Positions 52,901 to 64,000 of a stretch of 64,000 nt of DNA are shown here, piece by piece. Under the pieces are notes generated by a model. That model was not told the DNA's origin, did not search any database, and was given only the letters and a program-made list of their open reading frames with translations. Both the position numbers and the translations under genes were made by a program. This DNA is from Octopus sinensis (lineage: Eukaryota): NCBI RefSeq assembly GCF_006345805.1, contig NC_042997.1, forward strand, positions 143,096,001 through 143,160,000, in the 5' to 3' direction. Within the stretch, counting starts at the first letter, position 1; every line of letters begins with the position of its first letter.

Positions 52901-53237
52901 CCTATTATGACTGCATTCTTAGTACACTTTATGACTTGTAAACTTATAAATAAATTTGGGGAACTATACTGATACAAAATCGGTTAAAAACAAAATAAAA
53001 AATACCTTGAGAAATAGTACTCCAATTGTGTCTTGAGCAACCGACGGATCTGCTCTTCAGACAGAGTCCCATCAAGCTGAGTCTTACTGTCATCTGGGAA
53101 AAAAAGAAAATTAAAACACATTTGCATGAAATGCTTTTTTTTTTCCCTAGCTAGCTATGAATAGATGGAGTGTTTCAAATTCCAAATGCTAACTAGTTAA
53201 AAGATACTGTATTTGGTGGCATATAAGATACACTTTA

Positions 53238-53271
<34 letters not shown>

Positions 53272-54288
53272 CAGAAAATCACCCAAGGCCCTATATTATA
53301 TTTTCCTGAACATGCACTGCTGAAATTTGGGTATGACTAGTATGTTGTGCATATTTTATGCTATCAGATCCAATAACTCATAACTACAAATGAGGAAAAT
53401 GGACATCTAAAAAAATTTTGATTTCGATTATTGCAAGTGCAGTGTGAAAATTTTACAAGCAAAATTCATTTATCAATACTAGTATTAAGAAATTGTAATA
53501 GCTTTTAGTCTAAATTGCTAGAGTAAATCTAGTGATGTTTTTTTTTTTTTTTTTTTTAATACTTAGCATGAATTTCTAAAGAAAATATAAAAATATCCAA
53601 AAGACACCTAAATGAAAGATATCCAGTCCCTAGAAGATTAAAGTAAATAAGGTAGAGATGATAATCTCCCTAGTTATGCTGCAGTGATAGACGAGCAAAC
53701 TGGCTGTGTTGATGGCAGAAGTGACATCTCCAGTTATAAAACCCAACCTCAACTGCAAACTTAAGTGTAAATGCATTGACAGTCAGCATAGTACACATTG
53801 ATTTATGTTGCAGACATGTGGAGCTCTGCTGTTTTGCATACCCATTCCAATACCAGTTTGCTAAAATGGGTGAAAAACAAGCAATGATACAATTACATAA
53901 TTTTCTTATTTGCAATGGTCGAAACTGAACAAATACAGAATAATTATAGAGAAATACTGCTGATTGATTAGCAACCAGCACATTTTATTGTCTGAATGTG
54001 ATCACTTCATTTTGAAGAGATGGCATAGAGATTCTAAGGTGTTATGTGTACCCTGTATAACATTTGATTTTTCATTGCAAATTTGAACATTTGGTTATGA
54101 AGTGGAAGAAGTAGCTATTTCAGCAAGTTACAAAGGAGCAATGTCTCTAGACTGTGGCACAACAGAATGATTGATAATGAAAGATTTATAATCTTATTTT
54201 CTTGTACCCACTAGAACTATTAATTTTATCACATCAAAATTTTCATAAGAAACAACAGCAAAAATTAAACTTCCTGTAATTTGAAAGG

Positions 54289-54325
<37 letters not shown>

Positions 54326-57300
54326 ACATTTTTCCATCGTTTTTGATTTCACTTAAAATTAAATATTTCATGGTACATCTAATATTGTTCTCATATCATT
54401 ACCTTGAATCTAAGATTTCATAACTACTTTAATCACTTGAAATCTACGCTAAATTCAAATACCATGAACTGAACTTGTCAGGCTTTTTGAGCATTACATT
54501 CATCACAACCACATCCTTGTTCAATACCCATTCTCATATGGTTGTACCAAGACTTTGTAGTCAAAAGTTGAAGTCAGTAAAAATGCACAAATTCCATCTT
54601 AGTGTAAATTGCAATATAATGAGCTAAAAAATGTTCAGTTTCACAGATACTAGTTTGTTTGCCTCTATGAAGGAGGATCTAAACCTTTCAGGTTACATTC
54701 ACTTAAGTTTTATTCCATCAAAGCTTTAATATCGAAAATGAAACGTTATGCATCTGATTTTTAGTTTCATAAACAGAAGAGTCAGAGTTGGAATCAATGG
54801 TACCAAAGGGTTTTTGTGTACAGACTCCGCAGCCCTCGCTTACACCCAATTTTCTTCTTCCTTACAACATAAAAAGGGAAGATCTTGAATTTAAATGTAT
54901 TAAAACTGAGTACACTACCTTGCAAGGCAACAGTTTCAGTTGTAGAATATATAATTGGATTACTGGTTGCTGCAATTCCAGTGGTCCCAATTATTGTCCC
55001 ACTACTAGCAGCTGCAGAACCAGAATTACTACTCTGATCTGCTGCTGGCACTGTAGGTGAGGTTGTCAGTGTTCCGGGTGTGGCTGTAAACTCTGCAGAT
55101 GTAGCTTGTAGTGGGGATTCAGCTGCAGTAGCGACTGTAGAGAATAACCCACCACCAGTCTCTAGCTTGTTTATGTCACCATTTGCAAAGTGGAAGTTTC
55201 CTGGGAAAATATTAAAATGATAGATAGTAAGAGAGAAAAGGTGCTTTAACACAAGAATATACCTTATAAACAAAACAATGTTACTAGAGAAATTTTGTTA
55301 ATAATTTCCAAACAAGCATATTAAAAACCACAGCCATTAATGCTTAAAAGGAAATGTATTTCCCATAGGTTTCTGTGTAACATGCAATCCAAAAAAGGCT
55401 TCATGTTATGACCAAGATTTTCCAGAACACAATGTTTCCACAATGCAGGGGATGCCTGTACTAAGAACCTACTACCTCATGTCTTCTTCCACTGCCATTT
55501 ATAGGTTTAAAGCAAAATTCATTGTTACAGCAAAATGCTGGTTACAAACCTATAAATTAAACTTAGAGAAACTTCTGCACAATTGTGGTTACAGTTTAAA
55601 AAAAAAAAAAGACATTACAAAACAAAAATGCCATTAAGAAAGATTATTGTTTTTCTGGGTTTTTTTTTCTTTTTCACAATTTTTTTTTAATGTGAATCCA
55701 ATTAAGCTAGAACTTTCTGAAGCTCAGATTTACATATTTTCTGTAAAGAGAATATACAACAAAGGTCTGCTATTTTGACCACACCAGCAAGGATAAAAGG
55801 TTACGTCAAACCAGGTGAGATTTGAACTTGGATCACAAAGAGACAACCAAATATCATTTTATCTGCCATTTACTGCTCTGATTATATTTAGAGTATTACA
55901 AAAGATTATAGAACTATCTCATGAAAGCTATACCAACTCCCTACCAAAACAATATAATATACACATTTTTTTCTTGTTTAAATAATTAGATCTTTGTTTT
56001 AAATGATCACAAGTTAGAATAAGGCAAATTAAAAAGAGAAATAAGTCGTTATCAATAATAAATGAAAATATCTCAATAACATGGCCACAGCTCATAAGCT
56101 GAAACTAGAATCTATCAATCAATCAACAAAAGTTTTAAATGTAAGTACCAAATAGGAATAAAATGCACAAGCATAAAGTAATACAAACGTTCACTGGAGG
56201 GTAGGAGTTGCATAACACTGGTAACTTAAGAAATAGTAATATTTATTTTGGAAAATGAATATTTTTAAGGAAGCCAATATGAGAAAATTGGTCAGTTGTC
56301 TTGCTTCAGCTCTAACTCAAATCACTTTATGACAATCCAGTTTCATTCCAGTTTTTTGATCACTTAATCCAGAATAGCTTTCCCCTAAAACTAGAATAAT
56401 AAGCTTGTGAGCAGCCATTTCCATCTTCAAATTACTTAAATCAGAGTTTCCTACATTCTATATGACTATCAATTGTCTAAGCCAGCAGGTATTTGCATCA
56501 CTCTGCATCTGAATGCAGCACATTTTTGTAAATCTTCAGCAAAGTAGTATTGTCAGCTACAGGCTTTTCAAGGTTAGGGAGTGATTGATACAGTTGATAA
56601 TCAGTCAAAACACTGGTAAACTGTCATTTGCAGGAGAAATATAGGCAGAGAGATAGGAGTAAAGCTTGACCAAGTGATTAGTATGGAATGCTGGGTTACT
56701 GAGCCTACACAGTGGGACAGATACGCAGCAAAATAGCTCAGGAATAGAGAGCATTGAAGTAGGAAAGGGAAGGAGAAAAAAGAGCTAGAGAGCAGATAGT
56801 ACACATGGATCAGAGGTTGTAGTGGGTTCGTTACTTTTGCAAATCAGTAGAATCACTTCTATTTGGATGCAGATTCAGGATTTTTGCACGAGTGTCCCAG
56901 CTATAGAATTTCCTGGAGCTGCATTAAGCATCATCAAGCAATAAAATCCTTTCTGATCTTTAAGGGGAATGTTGTTTTGGGACTAGCAGTTTTGCATGTG
57001 AGATCTTCAGAAAAGATATGCAAGACATAACAGTTACAGCAATTGTAAAGCTTTTAGTGAAGGGGTAGGGATTTGTTCATGACAATACATAGTGAGATAC
57101 AAGATTATTTCCTTTATTAGTAGTGATTGCATAAATTAGTTTTTTTCTTCTGAGTCTAAACACTATTGAATGAAAATGAATGTGGCCATCATCACACTCT
57201 ACATGTTTGCCTTGCCTACAAGGAATTACTATTACAATTTTTTTTTACTTATTACAAAATTACATATATATATATATATATAGCTGTATTTGTTTGTCAT

Positions 57301-60300
57301 ATGACTGTGGCCATGCTGGAGCACCACATTTAGTCGAACAAATCGGCCACAAGACATTCTTTTTAAGCCTAGTACTTTATCGGTCTCTTGTGCTGAACCA
57401 CCAGCTTATGGGGATGTAAATATGCCAACACTGTTTGTCAAGCAATGGTGGGGGAACAAACACACACACACACATATATATATATACACACACACACACG
57501 GATTCTTTCAGTTTCCGAATGCCAAATCCACTCACAAAGCTTTGGGCGACTCAAGGCTATAATAGAGGACACTCGCCCAAGGTGTCACGCAGTGGGACTG
57601 AACCCAGAACCATGAGTTTGGTAAGCAAGCTACTTATCACATAGCCACCCCTGCACCTAGATATAAAATTTATGCAGTTTTATTTTATCCATTATAACAA
57701 ACACTACAACTCTTGGTAGCCATGTAGTCTAGCAAAATAAGTTTCATGCTTTGTTCTTGCCACAGCACAATGGACATAGCCAAGCTGGAACTTCTATATT
57801 TATATTGCACAGCTGATGTCAAATTAAACATGATATTCAAGTAAATCAAAAAGAAACAATATAGAAAACTGTATCAAAAAGAGAAAAAACAAAAACCAAA
57901 GTAAAAACAAAAATAGTTGAATATATCTAAGTATAACTGTTGCGTCATTCACTCTCATATTTTTCCTTCATGGTTATCGGAAGGGCTTTTTGGCCATATC
58001 CAGCTGCTCAAGTATTTCTCTTGCATAGGACAAAACTTAAAACATTCTTACATAAAAATGACATTCTTGTTTGAAAGCCTCAATTACTGGTAAATTAAAA
58101 GTGAAATGTCAATCCATTCAAATTATGTTCAAAACCTCCGTATGAAATGAGTTATTTCCAGTACACACTAGCCTGATCAATATCTTATATCTGATAGACA
58201 GTGAAATTTAAAGAAAGGTTCTCACTTTTTCCAATGACAGTTATAAGCTCGATTTGTTTAACTCTTAATACGAATCTAGTTCTGTTCTAAGAATAAAATT
58301 TCAAGTTAATTTACATTCTTAAACACCAGCTTAATACTGGCAATCCATTGCTTATGATGACAAGGGTTCCAGTTAATCTGATCAACGGAACAGCTTGCTT
58401 GAGTGATTAACAAGCAAGCGGCTGAACACTCCAGTCATATGTACCCTTAACATAGTTCTCAGGGAGATTCAGCATGGCACTGAGTGTGACATGGCTGGCT
58501 TCTTGAAATACAGGTACTACACATTTCTGCCAGCTGAGTGAACTGGAGCAACATGAAATAAAGTGTCTTGCTCAAGAACACATTGTGCAACCAGGAACCG
58601 AACTCACAACCCTACAATCGCAAGCCAAATAACTTAACGACTAAGCCACGTGCCTTCACAACCAGCTTAATAACAACCCAAGTTATTTTACTTAATTCTT
58701 CATTATTTTCGAATTTAACTGCAAGAAAAGTAGTGTATTTGAACAGAAACATAAGAGAGTTAACTTTGCTTAAAATTACATATGATGCACTTCATTTGCT
58801 TTTTATTGTAAAATATTTCCTGTTAGCTGCTGAAATTATCTTATTAAAATTTTCCTTGCACGTCTCTCAAATTCTAGGCCCTATTTCTTTGGTCTACCAG
58901 TTACATACCAAGATAAGGGAGTAAAAACAAGAAATATATATTCACTATGAACCAAATCTTAAATGTTAAATTTTGGATTTAAATGCTTATTCACCATGGT
59001 TCACTACAGCTATCTGAAACAGTTGTAGTGAACCTCAACCTGTCATGGGTTGCACAGTTCAACTGGGCTGGCATGCTGGAAGGCTGCACCAGGCACCAGT
59101 CTGATTTGGCATGGTTTTCTATGGCTGGATGCCCTTCCTAATGCCAACCACTCCAAGAGTGTAATGGGTGCTTTTGCAGGCCACCTGGCAACATGCAGAG
59201 AGTTGCCATTATGGAGTGGAGAGCATCAAAAGGGAGTCATAACCTACAACCCCTTCGTCCATGGGTAGCCATGTCACTTTTATAACTAGTTTAATTGCTA
59301 GTTTGATTTATATTAAAATAAGACAATATTTTGACCAAATTTCTCAATATGGTGAAAATAATCTCACCAAGACCAAGTCACAACAACTATGGTACAGCCC
59401 CAGTGTACTTATGTTATACACATGAAAACACAAATGTAGCTTACAGAAAATGCACTTTAGTAGCAAAACAAGTGCCACAGAAATGCTTGTATTTGTAAGC
59501 AATGCAATCTCTCAAATGCCCAATATTTTATCATCATCACTGTTTTAATGCCCACTCTTCCATGTTTGCATGGTTCAGACAGAATTCATTAAGATAGATT
59601 TTCTAAAGCTGAATACTCTTCCTGTCACCAACCCTCACCTGTTTTTAAGAAGGTAGTATTTTATATGCCAGGACAGATTTCAAAGTAAGACTGGAAATAA
59701 ATGGAGATGCCACTTTCCAACTGATGCCAAAGCAAAGAAACCACAAACACTTTCACTCATGTATAAATATATTTCTGTTGAGAGTGTTGAGGGTTTGTTT
59801 GAGTTTCCACCTACCAAATCCACTCAAGGCTTCAGTCATCTTGAAATTATTGGTGCAATGCACATGTCCAAGGTATTACAGAGGGAGTGGACTCTGAACC
59901 ATATGGTTGGAAAGTAAAATTTTTAACTGCCCTGCCATGCCTGCACTTATGCGCATGCACACAAATCTCAACATCATAATTTAATGTCAGTCATCCAATG
60001 CTGACTATGTTGAATGCTTTCAAAAGTATCTGTTGAGCCAGTTGACTGAGTTGGGAGCCAATATACCTTCTTAATTCCAATCACTGTACAGAAGGTACTG
60101 GATGTTTTTTCATGGCACAAAAACTAAAGAGGCCACTCACTAAGATGAAGAAAAAGCTTCCCAAACAGACTGGTGGTGCAATGCAAAGTGGGGATGACTT
60201 TAAACCAGGTGATGAGGCTAAAGTACGATAGATGAACAGGAACAGAAGTCTTGCTATATACAAAACGCATGCCTACCCAGCATTATACAAAGGTGGGAGT

Positions 60301-61628
60301 AGCTGGAAAGAGGTAGAATCATAGTGACGTGGAGTCAGAATATATATTAAAGATGCAAAGCTGGTGAGGTATAAGAAAGAATATGAGCAGAGAGCAGGAA
60401 ATGGTGGGTAGATAAGTTAGTAAGAATGTGAGGAGGGAGTGACAAATGGTTGAGACAGGGATAAAAGTGAATGTAACGAATGAATGAACAAGAGAGTGGC
60501 CCTGGAAGGTGGTAAATGGCAGTACAGAAAGAGTGGAAAGCTGAAGTATAATAAACCTGTAGATAGTTATGGTTCATGGTGTGCAGGGTAGAGGAGACAA
60601 ACAGTAAGAGATGGTAGCAGATGTACAGCAAGTGCTACACTTACACAGGATAGCTGTTTGCCAACCACATGATTCAGGGTTTTGTTCCACTGCGTGGCAT
60701 TTTGGCCACGTGTCTTCTACTATAATCCCAAGCGGACCAAAGCCTTGTGAATGGATTTGGTAGACAGAAATTGAAAGCATTGTGTGCTGTATGTGTGAAT
60801 GTAAGCATGTTTTTCCTTGCCTTGACATCATGTGATATTTGTAAATGAGTGTTACCAGTATCATTTATTTCCAATATTCTGAGAAAGCATGCCTGACCAT
60901 GAAGAATGGCCATCCAACATAAGAGGGATAATACTTGCAGTTAACAAACATGAAGAAATTAAATAATTTCCTTTTAAGCTTCAAGTTATTTTTATTGGTA
61001 AGCAAGCAAAGAGAAAAATATTTTCAAAGACAATTTGATTGAAACAAAGGATTATTTTGTCAACATTACAGCACTATTTGAATTAAATCTTTTTAAACCA
61101 TCTGCAAAAGTTTTGTTTTAGTTCAATAAACCTGCACATGGAAACAGTCCATAACAGCCCTGCCCATCAGCTTGAAAAAGTAAGTAGAATGTGGATTAAT
61201 TCATTTCAACTTTGCCTAGAAAGGCTTTAAAAGTTTTGTGTAAAGTTGGAATGGATGTCATCATCACCATTGCTTAATATCCATTTTTCCATACTTGCAT
61301 GGCTCTGGTAGAATTTGTTGGGGCCTTTCTATAGAAGGATCCCCTTCCTGTTGCCAACACTTGTTTGCAAGTTAGGTATGATCATTTCAACAGAATGGAA
61401 ATGCTTGTATTTGGCGAGCTGGCAGAATCATTGGCATGCCAGGCAAAATGTTTGGTGGCTAATTCCACTGAGGCCAACTTTGCCATTTATTCTTTTGGAG
61501 TCAATGAAATAGATACCAGTTACGTACTGAGCTCAATGGAATCAACTCTCCCAAAATTTCAACCCTTGTGCATTTAGTAGAAAAAAATTGATACTTATTT
61601 ACAACCATCACATGTCAAGACACGGGCG

Positions 61629-61666
<38 letters not shown>

Positions 61667-62268
61667 GCAGGCTTCCAGTTTTCATCTCATAAATCCCCTC
61701 ACAAGGCACTGGTTGGTTCAGGACTATAGAAGACCCTTGTTTAAAACTTCAGCGGTAGCAGCCAGATTACTGTCAGTTGTAATACTTTTCTACTGTTTGG
61801 AATTAATCATGCACTATCTCACAGCTTTGAGACATGATGTGATTGTATATTTTTAGAATGACATTGTAGGGTTGATGTAAGAGGCTGGTTCTGGCCAGAT
61901 TGAACATAAAACAGGTAGAATATGTGGGCCAGATATGGCCAGTTTAAATACAAAGGGGTTATGGTGCCACACAGTGGGACTTAGCCTTGTAGTTGGAATG
62001 CAAGTATCTCAATTACATAGCCACGGTTGCATCTACCATTTTAGTTTTAGAATTAGAAAAATATTCAAGCTTAAAACAGCTTTTTTGAATTATGAAAATT
62101 CTCATGCATTTTTAAGTAGCCAAAAGTATCTGGAAAGACACCTTGTTTAAATATTTAAAAACAGTATTACTTACCGTCAGTACTAATATCATCCCACTGA
62201 TGAATGTCCTGTTGTTTACTTAAAAACACAGTTGCATTAGGGTTTAATCCAGCGCTCTTCTGAGTGAC
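37589..62268 (-). CDS. LARP4: La-related protein 4/4B. complement(join 62268..62175,55200..54919,53093..53006,50625..50489,50265..50162,49910..49746,49068..48934,47420..47358,47217..47135,45503..45171,44893..44842,44731..44636,39309..38897,38779..38320,37990..37589); 968 aa visible, start codon upstream
   Basis: Exon lengths sum to 2907 nt with compatible phases and GT-AG throughout. PAM2 (GLNPNATVF); La motif ([27 protein letters not shown]…); RRM ([10 protein letters not shown]…[13 protein letters not shown]…[18 protein letters not shown]); then [30 protein letters not shown] and LSYAQM. All are LARP4-family hallmarks. Confidence 0.96.
38320..38779 (-). CDS. LARP4: LARP4 Ala/Ser/Thr-rich exon
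   Basis: Within ORF 38308..38808; phase 2 to 0; ACT|gtaagt donor. Confidence 0.88.
38897..39309 (-). CDS. LARP4: LARP4 exon ([19 protein letters not shown]…)
   Basis: EN.LSDVV.G motif; within ORF 38875..39351. Confidence 0.9.
39510..40720. mobile_element. Old non-autonomous DNA transposon (CCCTTTT-ended, piggyBac-like), copy 1
   Basis: Colinear with 62447-63820; clearest at 40200-40700 versus 63235-63800. Confidence 0.6.
40870..41950 (-). pseudogene. Decayed LINE (CR1/L2-like) reverse transcriptase fragment
   Basis: [23 protein letters not shown] (cf. ASPVW.P..KDI..LE.VQRRAT) and TSGV…GDVLSLLL remnants. Confidence 0.6.
42162..44601 (+). mobile_element. Full-length decayed piggyBac (PGBD4-like transposase pseudogene)
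   Basis: TTAA at 42158-42161 and 44602-44605; TIR CCCATTAGTGTTC versus CCCATTATTGTTC. Acidic N-terminus, [25 protein letters not shown]…[15 protein letters not shown] (DDE_Tnp_1_7-type) and C-terminal [18 protein letters not shown]. Confidence 0.88.
42679..42922. repeat. 50-bp inverted repeat (48/50) with 144-bp spacer
   Basis: Arms 42679-42728 and 42873-42922 read directly. Confidence 0.95.
44636..44731 (-). CDS. LARP4: LARP4 exon (…[16 protein letters not shown])
   Basis: FPPLPG motif, phase 0-0. Confidence 0.92.
44842..44893 (-). CDS. LARP4: LARP4 exon ([17 protein letters not shown])
   Basis: RRKREDD motif, phase 2 to 0. Confidence 0.88.
45171..45503 (-). CDS. LARP4: LARP4 His/Thr/Ser-rich exon
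   Basis: Contains ORF 45107..45379; cccttag acceptor, AG|gtatgg donor, phase 2-2. Confidence 0.85.
47135..47217 (-). CDS. LARP4: LARP4 exon ([15 protein letters not shown]…MRVG)
   Basis: Phase 0 to 2 bridges to the next exon; GG|gtaagt donor. Confidence 0.82.
47358..47420 (-). CDS. LARP4: LARP4 exon ([21 protein letters not shown])
   Basis: Strong pyrimidine tract and ag, ATG|gtaaaa donor, phase 0-0. Confidence 0.8.
48934..49068 (-). CDS. LARP4: LARP4 exon ([13 protein letters not shown]…NFQQ)
   Basis: ARIKAK motif, phase 0-0. Confidence 0.92.
49746..49910 (-). CDS. LARP4: LARP4 RRM exon (…[45 protein letters not shown])
   Basis: LARP4 RRM signature. Confidence 0.96.
50162..50265 (-). CDS. 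LARP4: LARP4 LaM-RRM linker exon ([28 protein letters not shown]…)
   Basis: [11 protein letters not shown] motif, splice sites. Confidence 0.95.
50489..50625 (-). CDS. LARP4: LARP4 La-motif exon 2 ([19 protein letters not shown]…VVDVLR)
   Basis: La motif core, splice sites and phase. Confidence 0.95.
53006..53093 (-). CDS. LARP4: LARP4 La-motif exon 1 (…[14 protein letters not shown])
   Basis: QLEYYFS motif, splice sites and phase. Confidence 0.95.
54919..55200 (-). CDS. LARP4: LARP4 low-complexity N-terminal exon
   Basis: Within ORF 54794..55273; ttcccag acceptor, G|gtagtg donor, phase 1-1. Confidence 0.85.
62175..62268 (-). CDS. LARP4: LARP4 PAM2 exon ([31 protein letters not shown])
   Basis: ttttgatag acceptor, G|gtaagt donor, LNPNA motif. 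Confidence 0.9.
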
Positions 62269-62446
62269 CTATCAAAACAAGACAAAGATTAGTCATATAT
62301 AGAGATCAAATCGTATACAAATACATTTTCAAATAGCCAGCTGAAAGCGATTAAAAAATTTTTTCACTTATAAGAAACAAGTGTTGCCTGCCCAACATAA
62401 AAACTGCTTAATGCAAGAAAACGGCCTTAAAACCTTAATCGGTTAA

Positions 62447-63820
62447 CCCTTTTAATACCAACCTACCCAAAATTGCCCAAGAAAAATTTTAATCAAAATT
62501 ATTAAACCGCCCAAAAACAGTCATAATAACCTATTCATATTTTTAATGTGGATTTCAGCAGAAAATTCATTAATCTATTCATGAAAATACATGGTCTCGC
62601 TATGTAAAGACTTGAGTTGCACTATCTGCCTTTCTGAGCAACACAAATTTTTGGAGATTCTTTACCCATTTTTTTCTCCCATTCACTTTCTAAAATGTTT
62701 CACTATGGACAGAAAATGGATACCAGTCTATTGTTTGTCAAGCAGCAAGTTTAAATTTGAAATACTCTGCGAAAGAAGACAGAAAAATCTAAGAAAATCT
62801 AACATAAAAACCATGCATGTGATTAAGAATAAGACCCAACCAAGTCAAACAATTGACAAAAGTTCCTATAGTGGGTGGGGTAAATTTGCACCTGAATACA
62901 GTTAGAATTTAAAACCCATTTCTCTTAGTTATTTGGAGGAAGATATTAGACCTAGACAAAATATTTCCAAGGAAACAAAACCATTAACTTAGTGTGTCTA
63001 CTTTTACTTTGAATTGATTACTGCAGGAATTAATTTTACATGGCACATAAAGAGGGTAAAAAAATATTTTTGCAGTTTCCAATACTTGAAAAAAATAAAT
63101 CAAGCACTTTTAGGAATATTTTGTTTTTGTGTGGGTGGGTGGGGGTGTTATACGTTTTCAGCCCTATTTTTTCACAATTTGTTTTTATCTACCTGTAATA
63201 CACATGACAAAATTAGATTAATTTGGATTTATCTGTTTCTGTGTATTTATGTATACATGTGAGTTTATTTCAATCAATTCATCATCATCAGGTGTGTATT
63301 TCATTTCATAGTTTATTTGGGTTTTTTTTTTTTTTTCAAAGACAAATCCCTACATTTTCATTTCATCTTATCTTTATGATACACTTGTTTCGTGCATTAA
63401 GTTCAAATGATAAATAATCCAGTAATTTGCACAATTCTTCTCTATTAAAATTTTGTATATTCATTGAATATTAAGCTAATAACTTATTTTCTATGCTGAT
63501 GTTTAAACAAAATCTTAATTTTTTTATTTTGTTGTATTTACCTGTAATTAGATTTGCTTTGAGACAAAAATCAGGAGACAGATTAGGTTACAAATCTTTT
63601 GTTAAATTGTGTTCCAAAAATCACAATATGTTGATCAATAAAAAAGACTGGTTTTATTACACCAGTCTAAACTCTTGATTATTTTTGGCATTTAATTGAA
63701 ACACATAAAGGGTGTTTATTGGTCAAAATATAGTAACAAAGGACTTAAGTTATGCCACTTTTGAGAATGACAAGTGAGTGTACTAATTTTTCACTTAATG
63801 TTTATACTCTACCAAGATTT
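62447..63820. mobile_element. Old non-autonomous DNA transposon, copy 2
   Basis: Starts TTAA|CCCTTTTAATACC; homologous to 39510-40720. Confidence 0.6.
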
Positions 63821-64000
63821 ACATGCACACACAACACACAGGCCTCTACAGTTTTCACCTCCCAAATTACACTAACACCGTTATATCACCAGGAGTTTCG
63901 CAAGGAGCCAATAAGTAGATTGAATTTAGAACCATGAACCTTAATGTTTGCAGAGCAATATCTGTGCTCTCCAAACATTATGATAACTAATTTCATCTAA

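Noticed and set aside
53670-53981. 103-aa minus-strand ORF in a LARP4 intron
   Set aside because: No recognisable motif, and flanking exons join in phase without it.
54477-54510. GTGATGA…CTGA with a 3-bp stem on the LARP4 sense strand
   Set aside because: Only ~20 nt between boxes and no upstream C box; too small for a snoRNA.

Overview
AT-rich eukaryotic (metazoan) genomic DNA. The abundant short retroposon and MITE families look like those of Octopus or another coleoid cephalopod (my recognition, not a database result). Two multi-exon genes converge. On the + strand is the 3' part of SUCO (SUN domain-containing ossification factor; 8 supported exons, 230-16365, 5' end outside the window). 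On the - strand is nearly all of LARP4/4B (La-related protein 4; 15 exons, 62268-37589, start codon not identified and probably beyond 64000). LARP4 is probably followed by a ~7.7 kb repeat-free 3'UTR. Introns and the ~13 kb intergenic gap hold many SINEs, MITEs and decayed mariner, hAT, piggyBac and LINE remnants. The most unusual structure is in SUCO intron 3329-9307: a SINE interrupted by a hAT MITE with an 8-bp target duplication. That MITE is itself interrupted, at one point, by a ~360-bp tandem array with higher-order periodicity joined to a retroposon 3' tail. Other points of interest are a fold-back insertion in a full-length piggyBac, inverted SINEs around an exactly 35-codon coiled-coil exon, and a LARP4 with a canonical PAM2 (F rather than W) and an intact La-motif pocket. 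I see no evidence for a wholly new gene system. Most of the short ORFs in the track are noise from repeats or antisense frames.
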